From an uncultured archaeon (GTDB taxonomy: Archaea; Thermoproteota; Nitrososphaeria_A; Caldarchaeales; Wolframiiraptoraceae), in assembly GCA_938083505.1 (NCBI GenBank), contig CALKCF010000006.1, positions 32,001 through 96,000 on the forward strand: DNA of 64,000 nucleotides, in the 5' to 3' direction. Positions 19,423-28,975 of the stretch are shown one piece after another (the first letter of the stretch is position 1; the number at the start of each line of letters is the position of its first letter). Under the pieces are notes generated by a model. It did no database searches. It was not told where the DNA came from and saw only the letters and a program-made list of their open reading frames with translations. The position numbers and the translations under genes are program-made.

Positions 19423-19951
19423 AAAAAGGATGGCTTGGATGAAAGCGGTTATTGAGTCGTTGCTTTATGCATCTGACAAGCCGGTTGAGCTAAAAAGACT
19501 CATGGATGCTGTAGGCACTACTTCAAAAAGCATAATTAAGGAAATCATAAACGAAATATCTGCCGAATATGAGAACTCCAACCACCCATTTAGGATTAAA
19601 AAACTAGAAGGCGATAGGTATTTTTTGTGTTTAGCATCAGAGTACTCAAATATAGTTAGGAAGCATGTGAAGAAACCACTTTTGAGCATGGCACTGCTTA
19701 AAACATTATCATTCATTGCATACCATCAGCCGGTAAGCCAGGCCGTTCTGGTAGCGGCTAGAGGAAAGGAGGCGTATAAACATGTTAAGCAATTAATTGA
19801 GAAGGGGTTGGTTGAGGCGGAAAAATCCGGTAGAACTCTCCTACTCAAGACTACCCAACTGTTTGCAGACTATTTTAACCTCAAGAACGATCCCCGAGAA
19901 ATAAGAAAATATATAGAGGGGTTGCTGGAAAAAAGCTCTAGTAAAAGTTAA
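19415..19951 (+). CDS. scpB: Segregation/condensation protein B
   Basis: IESLLYAS, TLSFIAYHQPVSQ, TTQLFADYF. Confidence 0.9.
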   Translation: MDEKRMAWMKAVIESLLYASDKPVELKRLMDAVGTTSKSIIKEIINEISAEYENSNHPFRIKKLEGDRYFLCLASEYSNIVRKHVKKPLLSMALLKTLSFIAYHQPVSQAVLVAARGKEAYKHVKQLIEKGLVEAEKSGRTLLLKTTQLFADYFNLKNDPREIRKYIEGLLEKSSSKS

Positions 19952-19978
19952 AAACTCCTTCTGTTTAAAGGAAGGAGC

Positions 19979-20371
19979 ATGGTACAGTGGCACACTGATA
20001 TACATAAACGAAAGCCAACCGGTGGTAAAAAAGTCCCGTACAGGAAGAAGAGGAGATATGAACGTGGAGGAGAGCCGACGTTAACCCTAATAGGTGATAG
20101 AAGGATAAAGATTAAAGATACTTTTGGTGGGGGAATTAAGATAGCAGTTGTTTCTGACAACGCAGTAAACGTTTACAACCCAATCACAAAAAGAGTTGAG
20201 AGGACTATTATAATCCGTGTCAAATCCAACCCTTCAAACAAAGACTACGAAAGAAGGGGTGTGATCACTAAGGGCTCGATCGTCGAAACGCCACTTGGGG
20301 ATGCAAAGGTTACATCAAGACCCGGTAGTGACGGTGTTATAAATGCGGTCCTGATAACCCCTGCCGGTTAA
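19979..20371 (+). CDS. rps8e: 30S ribosomal protein S8e
   Basis: KRKPTGGK, RRGVITKG, VTSRPGSDGVINAVL. Confidence 0.97.
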   Translation: MVQWHTDIHKRKPTGGKKVPYRKKRRYERGGEPTLTLIGDRRIKIKDTFGGGIKIAVVSDNAVNVYNPITKRVERTIIIRVKSNPSNKDYERRGVITKGSIVETPLGDAKVTSRPGSDGVINAVLITPAG

Positions 20372-20392
20372 TCTCATGATAGGGTAGAAAAA

Positions 20393-20698
20393 GTGGTGTT
20401 CAGCATGATCAGGCGTGAAGGCTTCATAATATGGCCCGCGTACTTTGATAGGTCGCTTAGTCGGGGGGAGGGTAGAAGGGTTCCATTACGACTTTCGTCA
20501 AGGTCGCCAACGGTTGAAAGATTGAGTAAGGTTGCTCAGAAGCTTGGATGGTACATCAAAATTGAGGTTGCTGCCTATCCTAAAACGCATTGGAAAAAAA
20601 CAGGAAGGCTCATAGTTAAGCCAGACAAACCATTAAGCAAACAATCCGTCATTAGAGTTTTAGCACATGAGTTATTAAGGCAAGAAACTAAAGAATAA
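20393..20698 (+). CDS. srp19: Signal recognition particle protein SRP19
   Basis: IWPAYFD...SRGEGRRVP, YPK.HW..GR. Confidence 0.93.
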   Translation: MVFSMIRREGFIIWPAYFDRSLSRGEGRRVPLRLSSRSPTVERLSKVAQKLGWYIKIEVAAYPKTHWKKTGRLIVKPDKPLSKQSVIRVLAHELLRQETKE

Positions 20699-20733
20699 AA
20701 AATCTTAAATGTAAGCAGTTATAAATACTAGGT

Positions 20734-20973
20734 ATGTCTAAGCTTAAACATGGACCTCTACTTTTAGGTACTCTTCTTCACAGTATAGATAACGAGCTTG
20801 TATTGAAGGGAAAGATTGTTCCAAAACCAGGAGTTAAAGTTTACGATGAGGAGCTTAAACATGTTGGCTACGTTTCAAACGTTTTTGGACCAGTCAATTC
20901 GCACTTTGTGACCATAAAGTTTACAACTGAGAGGCAATATTCACAGGGTTCAAAATTTTACATTATGGAGTGA
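20734..20973 (+). CDS. gar1: H/ACA RNP protein Gar1
   Basis: LGTLLH, VYD...VGYVSNVFGPV; rps8e-srp19-gar1-tfb context. Confidence 0.85.
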   Translation: MSKLKHGPLLLGTLLHSIDNELVLKGKIVPKPGVKVYDEELKHVGYVSNVFGPVNSHFVTIKFTTERQYSQGSKFYIME

Positions 20974-20979
20974 ATTTTT

Positions 20980-21909
20980 TTGTCACGGGTTGTGCATGAC
21001 GAAACGGCAACAAGATGTCCTGAGTGTGGTAGCTCGAATCTATTGTTTGATAAGTCTAGCGGCGAAGTCGTTTGTGTGGATTGCGGCTTTGTTATAGTTA
21101 ACGTCACAGCAGACTTAGGACCAGAATGGAGAAGTTTTGACCAAGATAAGGATGGAAAAAGGACGCGAGTAGGTGCTCCGATAACTTTAGTCATGTACGA
21201 TCTGGGTCTTTCGACCAAGATAGGATGTAGGGATGTAAAAGGTAAGAACATTTCGGAACTGCAGGCTGGAGTATTATCCGTTATTAAGAAATGTGAGAAA
21301 AGGACAATGATAAACGGTGCCGCAAGAAGCTCCATAAGGGGTCTATCAGAGATTGCAACTATATGTCTGAAGTTAGGTCTGCCGACAAACGTGATGGAAA
21401 CGGCGAGCCTCATATACAGAAAATTAGTAAAGAGGAGTGTGATGCGTGGCAGGTCCATAAGAAACACGGCAGCCGCTACTGTTTACCTAGCTTGTAAGCA
21501 ATGCGGTATTCCTAGGATGCTAAGCGAGATAGCTATGGCATTAAATTTAAATAAAAAGGAGATAATGAAATGTTACCGATTCCTTATTAACAAATTGAAC
21601 ATAACATCACCTTCATCGGATACCAAACTGTACGTTTCAAGGTTTGTTAATAATTTTAAGATAAGGGGTGACGTTGAGAGGCTGGCAATCGAGATGCTGG
21701 AACATGCAAGGACGTGCGGCCTAATAGATGGTAGAGGCCCTGTAGGTCTGGCAGCAGCTGCGACATATTTGGCTGCAACCCTTATGGGTTACAAGCTAAC
21801 TCAACGAGAAGTTGCCGAGGTTGCGAAGGTGACCGAAGTAACCATTAGGAACAGGTATAAGGAGTTGTTGGAAAATACTAGAATATATCTCGAGCTGGAG
21901 GTCGAATAG
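20980..21909 (+). CDS. tfb: Transcription initiation factor TFB (divergent)
   Basis: Zn ribbon CPEC/CVDC, GPEWRSF, RVGAP, two cyclin repeats, TQREVAEVAKVTEVTIRNRYKEL. Confidence 0.92.
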   Translation: MSRVVHDETATRCPECGSSNLLFDKSSGEVVCVDCGFVIVNVTADLGPEWRSFDQDKDGKRTRVGAPITLVMYDLGLSTKIGCRDVKGKNISELQAGVLSVIKKCEKRTMINGAARSSIRGLSEIATICLKLGLPTNVMETASLIYRKLVKRSVMRGRSIRNTAAATVYLACKQCGIPRMLSEIAMALNLNKKEIMKCYRFLINKLNITSPSSDTKLYVSRFVNNFKIRGDVERLAIEMLEHARTCGLIDGRGPVGLAAAATYLAATLMGYKLTQREVAEVAKVTEVTIRNRYKELLENTRIYLELEVE

Positions 21910-22003
21910 TGTTTAAATATTACTAACAAAAATATCTATATTATTGAAGTAGTTTTAGGATAAAAATCCAGTTTAATAATATACGAAATGCGGTGTAATA
22001 AGA

Positions 22004-22375
22004 ATGCAGATGAAGATGACAAAACTTGAAGAGCGGGCAATAAAGCTTTTGCTGAAGTATGAGGATAGGGGCATACTCCAATCTGAACTCTGGCATAAGC
22101 TCGGTGTTACAAGTAGAGAAGGTTCTAGGATAGCGATAAAATTGGAAAAGAAAGGAATAGTAAAGCGGGTTAAGGAGTTTGCAAATGATAGATGGACAAG
22201 AAGACTAGTCCCCCTGATAAAGCAACTGAGTATCGACCCCATCAAAGGAGCCCCATGCCCCTCGTGTGCGCATGAGAACGCATGCGGTTTGGATAGGATG
22301 GTGACACCTTACACATGTGTGCGGTTAGAGGAATGGATACTTGGGCAAAATCCTTCCCTAGCTGGTCAGGTTTAA
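22004..22375 (+). CDS. tfeB: TFE-beta (archaeal RPC34/RPC39 homologue), wHTH plus Fe-S cysteine cluster
   Basis: GILQSELW...SREGSRIAIKLEKKG wHTH and C-terminal PCPSC-x4-C-x10-C..LEEWI. Confidence 0.8.
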   Translation: MQMKMTKLEERAIKLLLKYEDRGILQSELWHKLGVTSREGSRIAIKLEKKGIVKRVKEFANDRWTRRLVPLIKQLSIDPIKGAPCPSCAHENACGLDRMVTPYTCVRLEEWILGQNPSLAGQV

Positions 22376-22379
22376 TAAG

Positions 22380-22979
22380 ATGCTTAGAAAACACCCTTCT
22401 AGGAATCATTACACTACGCTGGCAAAAAAGCTAGGACTATTTTCAAGAGCAGCATTTAAGCTCCAGCATGTGCAGAAGAGGTACGGTTTTCTAAAACCAG
22501 GCGATAAGGTCATAATATTAGGCTCGGCACCTGGAGGGATGACACAATTAGCGGCCAAGTATGTCGGTCCACGAGGTCTCGTTGTCGCCGTGGACGTGAA
22601 ACCCCAAGATTTGAAGATTGCGAACAACGTCATAAACATGATCTCGGACGTTCTTGACCCTAACATAATCGAAAGGATAAAGGAAGCGTTGAAGGGCGAG
22701 CTAGCCGATAAGTTGATATCAGATTTGGCACCGAATTTAACGGGCATTAAAGAAATAGACATACCGAAACAGCTTGAACTTGTCGAATCTACCCTAAGGA
22801 TAGCAGGTGAGCTACTCCGTAAAGGTGGCGATCTTTATCTAAAACTTTTTGAAAGCCCTGAGGTGAAAGACATTGAGAAGAGTTTACGTCATAGTTTTCA
22901 AAAGGTTAAGCGGATCGTTCCGATAGCCACTAGAAAACATAGCTCCGAGATATTTCTATTGGCGTTAGATAAAAAATGA
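22380..22979 (+). CDS. rlmE: 23S rRNA 2'-O-methyltransferase RlmE/FtsJ
   Basis: SRAAFKL, LGSAPGG, SDLAP, ATRKHSSE (K-D-K-E tetrad). Confidence 0.9.
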   Translation: MLRKHPSRNHYTTLAKKLGLFSRAAFKLQHVQKRYGFLKPGDKVIILGSAPGGMTQLAAKYVGPRGLVVAVDVKPQDLKIANNVINMISDVLDPNIIERIKEALKGELADKLISDLAPNLTGIKEIDIPKQLELVESTLRIAGELLRKGGDLYLKLFESPEVKDIEKSLRHSFQKVKRIVPIATRKHSSEIFLLALDKK

Positions 22980-22993
22980 AGCAATTCTTTTGA

Positions 22994-24196
22994 TTAAGCT
23001 TCAGATGATGTAAGTTTGAGAAAGACACGTTCAATAACCTCACGTGGAGCATCGGTCTTAAAGCCCTGTCCGTCGAAGTGCGTTAGTGATGCATTAAAGC
23101 CAAGAGAATGAAGCCTATCCACAACATCAGCAGGTTTTGGTACCCTTGACTTAAGCCTCTTGCCGATCTCGTCAACCCTATAGTAAAATGGGACAGTCTG
23201 GAGCTCGTCTGAAATCTTTCTCAGCAAATTGTAGGCATCCTTCATGTCGGCCTCATACACAATCCCTAACATCTTTAAGGCAAAGTCCTTGGAGGTCAAC
23301 TCTCCGAGCCATAAAGGGCCGAAAACCCTCGGGTTTGACTTGCAAACTTCGCATAGTTTAAAGGGCTCGAAGTAGCTCGACCACTGGATGTTGCCGCATG
23401 ATTTGCATTCAAACATCCATCCGATGTTCTTAAATGATTCTTTGGCCAACGTCTTGCCATAGGTTAGCCTCACGAACGTCCTGATGTAATGCCTTCTGTA
23501 AAAAGTCAAAACCGGAGAGATACCCATCCCGACCCTTGCTGCAGTCCGTGTCACAAAGCCCACCAAAATCCTCGCAGCCATTTCCTTTGAGTACGGTGAC
23601 ATGTAGGGCATGGCATCGTACTTTCTAATGCATGAAGGAACATCCGTTCCGCAAAGGGATGCTAAATCAGTCGCCGTAACGCCAAGCAAACCGCCGCTTT
23701 GGCACGAACGTATTGCATTCTCGAGGAAGGGTGCAGGCGAACCTGCAGGGTCAACATCCACGTAGTCAAACCTAAGCCTTTTGGAGGAGTGCGCCGCAAG
23801 GAATGCGTTAGCATCAAGGTTGTAAACTTCAGTTATATCCGTCAAGCCTGCCATCTCCACGTTCTTCCTCATCAAAGAGTAAGCAAACTTGTTTATGTCG
23901 TTCAGAACGAGCTTTGAGACGGTTCCCGTCTCAACGGTTATCCTTATACCCCTGACGCCACAACCAGCCAAGGGTTCGCAGATCCTTATGCCCTTCCTAT
24001 CAAAGTACGCCCTGACGGCCAGGACGGCCATATCGCGTGATAGCTTAGAATGCGGGTTAAAGAAGACAGGCATACCGCTCGGCGAAACAGCCTTCTCCCA
24101 ACCTTCTGGGAGAACCGGAGCTAAGAACCTAACCTTTCCTTCATCGTAAACCATAGTTGGAAATTCCAGACCTTTCTCATCCAACTTGCGAGCCAC
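22994..24196 (-). CDS. trm1: tRNA (guanine26-N2)-dimethyltransferase
   Basis: VFFNP...SRD, GVRGIR, DVDPAGSP, VTATD, GPLWLGEL, THF..GFKTDAP. Confidence 0.93.
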   Translation of the reverse strand: MARKLDEKGLEFPTMVYDEGKVRFLAPVLPEGWEKAVSPSGMPVFFNPHSKLSRDMAVLAVRAYFDRKGIRICEPLAGCGVRGIRITVETGTVSKLVLNDINKFAYSLMRKNVEMAGLTDITEVYNLDANAFLAAHSSKRLRFDYVDVDPAGSPAPFLENAIRSCQSGGLLGVTATDLASLCGTDVPSCIRKYDAMPYMSPYSKEMAARILVGFVTRTAARVGMGISPVLTFYRRHYIRTFVRLTYGKTLAKESFKNIGWMFECKSCGNIQWSSYFEPFKLCEVCKSNPRVFGPLWLGELTSKDFALKMLGIVYEADMKDAYNLLRKISDELQTVPFYYRVDEIGKRLKSRVPKPADVVDRLHSLGFNASLTHFDGQGFKTDAPREVIERVFLKLTSSEA

Positions 24197-24737
24197 CCCT
24201 TAGTATACTCTTGATATTATCCGCCAGCTCCGCAGGCAGCTTATCCCGGTTGTCAGGAGTCACCACTATGCTCTTTCCACCAACGAGCTTCCTTATCTCA
24301 CCGAGTAGCTCATCGCTCGCCCTATGGTGTATCGTAAGAACGATAGGTTTGTCTTTAGCTAAAAGCTTCCTCACGGCCTCTTTGAATCTATGGCTCTTTA
24401 GCTCCATCGGCCCAACCTCGTCCACGACAACGACGTCGAATTTGTTGACTGATTCTATAGCCCTGACACCGAATTCCTCTAAGCCCTTCAAGTTGACCAC
24501 ATACTTGCCAACCCTCGGTCCAGAACCGTAACCTACCCAAGCTAGCTTACCGACCCTACCTGTGGCAATGTCCACTATCTCGAACCCTACCCTAATCCCA
24601 GAAGACCTAACTTCCCTTGTATATATCCCTCCTACGCTGAACCCCATGCGTTTCAGAATCTCGACGAGTTTTAATACAATGGTCGTCTTGCCGCTACCCG
24701 GAGCTCCCGTGATTACGAACAACTTTTCGACGCCCAT
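24177..24737 (-). CDS. THEP1-family NTPase
   Basis: ITGAPGSGKTT, RVGFEI, VGKYVV, VDEVGPME. Confidence 0.9.
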   Translation of the reverse strand: MGVEKLFVITGAPGSGKTTIVLKLVEILKRMGFSVGGIYTREVRSSGIRVGFEIVDIATGRVGKLAWVGYGSGPRVGKYVVNLKGLEEFGVRAIESVNKFDVVVVDEVGPMELKSHRFKEAVRKLLAKDKPIVLTIHHRASDELLGEIRKLVGGKSIVVTPDNRDKLPAELADNIKSILRGGSQVG

Positions 24738-24740
24738 AAA

Positions 24741-25397
24741 CTACACATCTCCAAAACCGTCCAGCTTTTTTTGTAATAATTTATCGATAGTCCTCCACCC
24801 TTTCCTTACGCAGGATGGGACCTCGCCTTTGTCCCTTAGGCATCTACTTATGAAATCGATAGTTCTCTTGTCCGAGGAATACCCGGAGCCTAAATTCCCG
24901 TAGACCTCTGACAACTTTGCTATTATAGCATCTCTTTTTACTTTTGCAAGGATCGAGGCGGCCGCAACGATCTCGTAGCGGGAGTCCGCCTTATGCTCAC
25001 ATATGATTCGGGGTGAGTAGTCTAGCATTGCCAAAATCCTTTCTGCATACCTGGCAGGCTTTATGTCCGGAGAATCTATATACACTACGTCCGGCCTGAG
25101 GTTCTTTATGATTTCTGCCGCCGCATTTACCTCCAGCATGTTTATGCTAAGTCCGGACCTCCTCCTTAGATACCTGTCCACCTCAGCGGCATCCAAGACG
25201 ACATCGTAAACTCTAATGTTCATGTTCAAGATTTTTTGGTAAAGCGTCTCTCTCGATCTCTTACTCAAGCTTTTTGAATCCCTGACATCCATTTCCTTTA
25301 GTAATGAAGTATCCTTCTCGTGTATCGATATGCCTAAGACCACCAAAGGTCCGATTACCGAGCCCCTACCAGCTTCATCTATACCACAGACAATCAT
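24741..25397 (-). CDS. rnhB: Ribonuclease HII
   Basis: GIDEAGRGSVIGP, DSK, VAAASILAKV.RD, GSGY.SD. Confidence 0.96.
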   Translation of the reverse strand: MIVCGIDEAGRGSVIGPLVVLGISIHEKDTSLLKEMDVRDSKSLSKRSRETLYQKILNMNIRVYDVVLDAAEVDRYLRRRSGLSINMLEVNAAAEIIKNLRPDVVYIDSPDIKPARYAERILAMLDYSPRIICEHKADSRYEIVAAASILAKVKRDAIIAKLSEVYGNLGSGYSSDKRTIDFISRCLRDKGEVPSCVRKGWRTIDKLLQKKLDGFGDV

Positions 25398-25399
25398 TT

Positions 25400-26113
25400 T
25401 TATTTTTGTCTTTTCGGTGAGTATTTTGCCAAGACCATAATATGGTCCTGCTCATACTTTTCCAAGTCGACTTTCTCAAGCACGACGAAACCGTTGCTCT
25501 CCAGCACCGCAATCTCTTGCTTGTAAACTTTGCTGGGTTCTTCAACACTATCTATGCTCCTCGCCTTTATTGCTATCATGGCCAACCCACCATCCTTTAG
25601 CATAAGCCTGGAATTCTCGACCAGTATCTTAGCCTGTTCCGGCTGAGCGATGTCACAATAGATGAAATCTACTTGGCCCACGATAGATTTGTAAGTTGCG
25701 GGAAATCTGGCGTCTGTGTATATTGCTATGACGTTCTTTCTCCTATCGGCGACGTTACGCTTAAACTGTGCCAAAACCATCGGTGCAAAATCGATGCCGT
25801 AAAGCATGCCCTTCTCGCCGATTATGTCGGAGACGTGACTTGCGGTCGTCCCTGACGCAACACCTAGGTACAGTACCTTACATCCTGACCTAATACCTAT
25901 TTCCTTAATACCTGAGAGAATTGCGGCCGCTAGCTTGCTCCTATAAGGAATCCATTCTCGGTACTCCTCATCTCCTACCCTGAATAACCTTTCACCATAT
26001 ACCCTGAAGCCCTTATCCAGGTTTCTGGTCATGAGTATCTTCTCATCATCCAAATAAGCCCAATATACGCCGTCAAACTTCTCATGCTTCTTAACGCTTA
26101 ACACTCTAACCAC
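25400..26113 (-). CDS. flpA: Fibrillarin (box C/D 2'-O-methyltransferase)
   Basis: VYGE, RSKLAAA, VLYLGVASGTTASHVSD, DIAQPEQ, KARSID. Confidence 0.96.
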   Translation of the reverse strand: MVRVLSVKKHEKFDGVYWAYLDDEKILMTRNLDKGFRVYGERLFRVGDEEYREWIPYRSKLAAAILSGIKEIGIRSGCKVLYLGVASGTTASHVSDIIGEKGMLYGIDFAPMVLAQFKRNVADRRKNVIAIYTDARFPATYKSIVGQVDFIYCDIAQPEQAKILVENSRLMLKDGGLAMIAIKARSIDSVEEPSKVYKQEIAVLESNGFVVLEKVDLEKYEQDHIMVLAKYSPKRQK

Positions 26114-26125
26114 CCAAAAGATCCT

Positions 26126-27319
26126 TTAGCTCTTTCGTGACCCTTTAACCTTTTTTACCTTCTTCTCACGCTTAGGGGGTTCTGCGTATTTTATCCTTAT
26201 CTCTTTTATCCTATCTTCCAAAGTCTTCCTAAGTTCAGCACTTCTGTCTTCACGGGAAAAGTAGTCTATGCGTGCAGCTATGGATATTTTAGCCGCGAGC
26301 ACTCTAGCTATTTTACCTCTCTGCCATTTGGGCGAAGTATGCACGTATGGATGCTGGAATATTAACCCGTGCTTTGGCGCACCTCTACCAGTCTTAAGAA
26401 AACGGAAGAGTGCCTTTTCAGCGCCGAGTACCTGTATTGTGCTCGCAGGCATCCTAGCAAGCTTCTCCAAACCTCCTGCCAAAGCCAACAGCTTAGACCC
26501 AAGTATTGGTCCTGCTATGGCGGTCAAATTCGGTGCCTCGAGGCTCATGAGTGACCTTATATAATTTTCCAAATCCTTTCGGAGTTGTATTAACCTTAGG
26601 CCCTCTTCGGCGAATCTTTTTATGTATTCTTCGTCTTGCTCTAGTAGACTGGCACCGACGGACTTTTCCTTTGCCATGAGTATCTCTCTCAACCTTTTAT
26701 GACCCGGAATGATTTTTGAGAGGTTTTCTTCATTTATCCTATCCTTCAGGCCTAATTTCGTTACGATTTTTAGATAATCTTCAGGGTCGTCAATCAAGTC
26801 GTTTAGCTCAGGAAAGTGGATGCCATACCACTCTCTGCAGCCCATGTAAATGGTGTTTATCTGCTTCTCGATATTCTCATGAGCATGAACTGCTGGTATG
26901 ATGAGCACATCCCTTCTACTTATTGCGACCTTGAGACTGAGTGCTAAAGCGACGTCGCAAATCATTTTTACTCTTTGTTCATATTCTTCCCGACTGCTGA
27001 CAAGTTCGTTCTTCAAGAATAAGGATTCCAAGTCCACGGGCTCTGGCTCCACATACTTCACGCTCACAGCAGTACCTTCCATCAATTTACTCAGCGACTC
27101 AAAGATCTTCGGGTTTTCGACGGTCAGTAGGTAATAGCCCTTGTCCGCTAATTCTTTGATTAGCTCCTTTATGTCAGGGGGGAGCACCCCATTCTGTACT
27201 TTTAGGTAAACCTTTGCAGCCTCGTTAAGGTCGTCACTATAACTGCGAAAGCTTATGATCTTATCACCATCCAAGGCCACTATGCCTAACGGGCTTGCTA
27301 AGATACGCGTTGTAGCCAT
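26126..27319 (-). CDS. nop5: Box C/D RNP protein Nop5 (Nop56/58)
   Basis: EWYGIHFPEL, APNL, PASTIQVLGAEKALFR, PKHGLIFQ, RGKIARVLAAK. Confidence 0.96.
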   Translation of the reverse strand: MATTRILASPLGIVALDGDKIISFRSYSDDLNEAAKVYLKVQNGVLPPDIKELIKELADKGYYLLTVENPKIFESLSKLMEGTAVSVKYVEPEPVDLESLFLKNELVSSREEYEQRVKMICDVALALSLKVAISRRDVLIIPAVHAHENIEKQINTIYMGCREWYGIHFPELNDLIDDPEDYLKIVTKLGLKDRINEENLSKIIPGHKRLREILMAKEKSVGASLLEQDEEYIKRFAEEGLRLIQLRKDLENYIRSLMSLEAPNLTAIAGPILGSKLLALAGGLEKLARMPASTIQVLGAEKALFRFLKTGRGAPKHGLIFQHPYVHTSPKWQRGKIARVLAAKISIAARIDYFSREDRSAELRKTLEDRIKEIRIKYAEPPKREKKVKKVKGSRKS

Positions 27320-27409
27320 ATTAATTCAAGATAAACTCTATGTATTACAATATAGCTGTTGTCATAAGATATAAATGGACGGGCGAATATGTAATCCCGG
27401 GAATTTGAT

Positions 27410-27577
27410 ATGCCAAGCCATGGGTCCGTGACTAAGGCTGGTAAGGTCAGGTCCCAAACGCCAAAGTTAGAGGCAAAACCGAGAAGTAGCCCAATCCCTA
27501 GGATAAGGAACAGGAACAACTACAGGCTGAGGGTGCTGGAAGCTAAACCGTCGGAGGAAAGGAGCATCCAGGAGTAG
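27410..27577 (+). CDS. rps30e: 30S ribosomal protein S30e (55 aa)
   Basis: Manual translation MPSHGSVTKAGKVRSQTPKLEAKPRSSPIPRIRNRNNY...; below the ORF-track cutoff. Confidence 0.95.
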   Translation: MPSHGSVTKAGKVRSQTPKLEAKPRSSPIPRIRNRNNYRLRVLEAKPSEERSIQE

Positions 27578-28916
27578 ACAACCTTCTTTTCACTTCTTCG
27601 ACTATCTGATTTATTATCAGCTTTGATGCACCCAAGCATGCATCTGGCCTCATAACACTCTCTACCTCCTCCCTCGATATCTTATGTGTGACTTCTGGCA
27701 CTTCTAGTAGGGCACTAACGAAGGGCACATCTGTCCTTTCCGATGCTTTCTGAATTATTCTATAAGCGCTAACCCTACAAAAGCCCTTCTTTAACATCAG
27801 GTCTAGTATAAACTCGGAAAATATCCTCCCGTCGGTCTTTTGGATGTTAGCCTTTATGGCTTCCTCATTAACTTTAAGCCCCCTTAACACCTCTATCATG
27901 GTTTTAAGCGCTTCTTCAAGTAAGATGATGCTCATAGGGATTATGAAACGCTCATTCGCTGAGTTCGTTAAATCTCTCTCATGCCACAGTGGTATGTTAT
28001 CGAGGGCAACTTGAACTAGGGGTCTTAATAAGCGTGCTATCGAAGAGACCTTTTCGGATTTTATGGGGTTCCTTTTCACAGGAACTGCTGAACTTCCAAC
28101 CTGTCCCGGCTTGAACGGTTCCTCAACCTCGCCTATTTCTGTCCTTTGAAGGTTCCTTATCTCCGTAGCAATCTTATCTAAAGTGGATGCAAGTATTGCG
28201 GCGAAGAAGACGACCTCTGCATAGAGCTCTCTGGGAACGATTTGTGTTGCAGCATCAACGGGCTTCAGGGCAAGCTTTTCTGCAACACGTCTTTGGACCT
28301 CGAGCGCCTTCTCACCCATGAGCGAGCCCGTACCAACTACACCCAGCGTTTTACATACTAATACCCTTTTAAGCAGTTGGTCGAGCCTGTCAAAATGTCT
28401 CAGCATCTCAGAGGCCCAGACAGCGAATTTCAAACCAAACGACATTATGCTCGCGTGCTGTCCATGTGTTCTTCCAACTGCGTGCAGGTCAGCATACCGC
28501 TGTGCCATCTCAGATAAAAGAATCGTAAGCTCGCGCATCCTGTTCTCGATTATTCTCATGGCATCCCTTATCTGTAAGGACATAGCAGTATCCAAGAGGT
28601 CATTGCTCGTCAACCCATAATGGACCCATGGCTTCGCGTGTTCTTCGCATACCTCAACCAAAACTTCCACGATGTTTGCGGGCTCGTGACCTATTCTCTT
28701 CTCAACTTCTTTGCACTTATCTAGCGTTACATAGTTAAGATTGGCCTTTGAGGTTATCTCTTTACCTGCGTCCAAAGGTATGATTCCTAGCTCTGCTTGG
28801 GCCTCTGCGACCGCTGCCTCGACCGCTAGCATATACTTAAGCCTGCTAACCTCCTCGAATATCTCTCTTATCTCCTTGCTGCCATACCTCTCAGAATCTA
28901 TAGGAAGCACGGGCAT
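27543..28916 (-). CDS. purB: Adenylosuccinate lyase
   Basis: HYGLTSND, GRTHGQHA, GSSAVPVKRNP, WHERDLTNS. Confidence 0.95.
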   Translation of the reverse strand: MPVLPIDSERYGSKEIREIFEEVSRLKYMLAVEAAVAEAQAELGIIPLDAGKEITSKANLNYVTLDKCKEVEKRIGHEPANIVEVLVEVCEEHAKPWVHYGLTSNDLLDTAMSLQIRDAMRIIENRMRELTILLSEMAQRYADLHAVGRTHGQHASIMSFGLKFAVWASEMLRHFDRLDQLLKRVLVCKTLGVVGTGSLMGEKALEVQRRVAEKLALKPVDAATQIVPRELYAEVVFFAAILASTLDKIATEIRNLQRTEIGEVEEPFKPGQVGSSAVPVKRNPIKSEKVSSIARLLRPLVQVALDNIPLWHERDLTNSANERFIIPMSIILLEEALKTMIEVLRGLKVNEEAIKANIQKTDGRIFSEFILDLMLKKGFCRVSAYRIIQKASERTDVPFVSALLEVPEVTHKISREEVESVMRPDACLGASKLIINQIVEEVKRRLSTPGCSFPPTV

Positions 28917-28975
28917 ACCTATCTCAAACCAATACTACGAAGGTTTTGATGTTTTTATCTTTAAACCCAAGCTCG

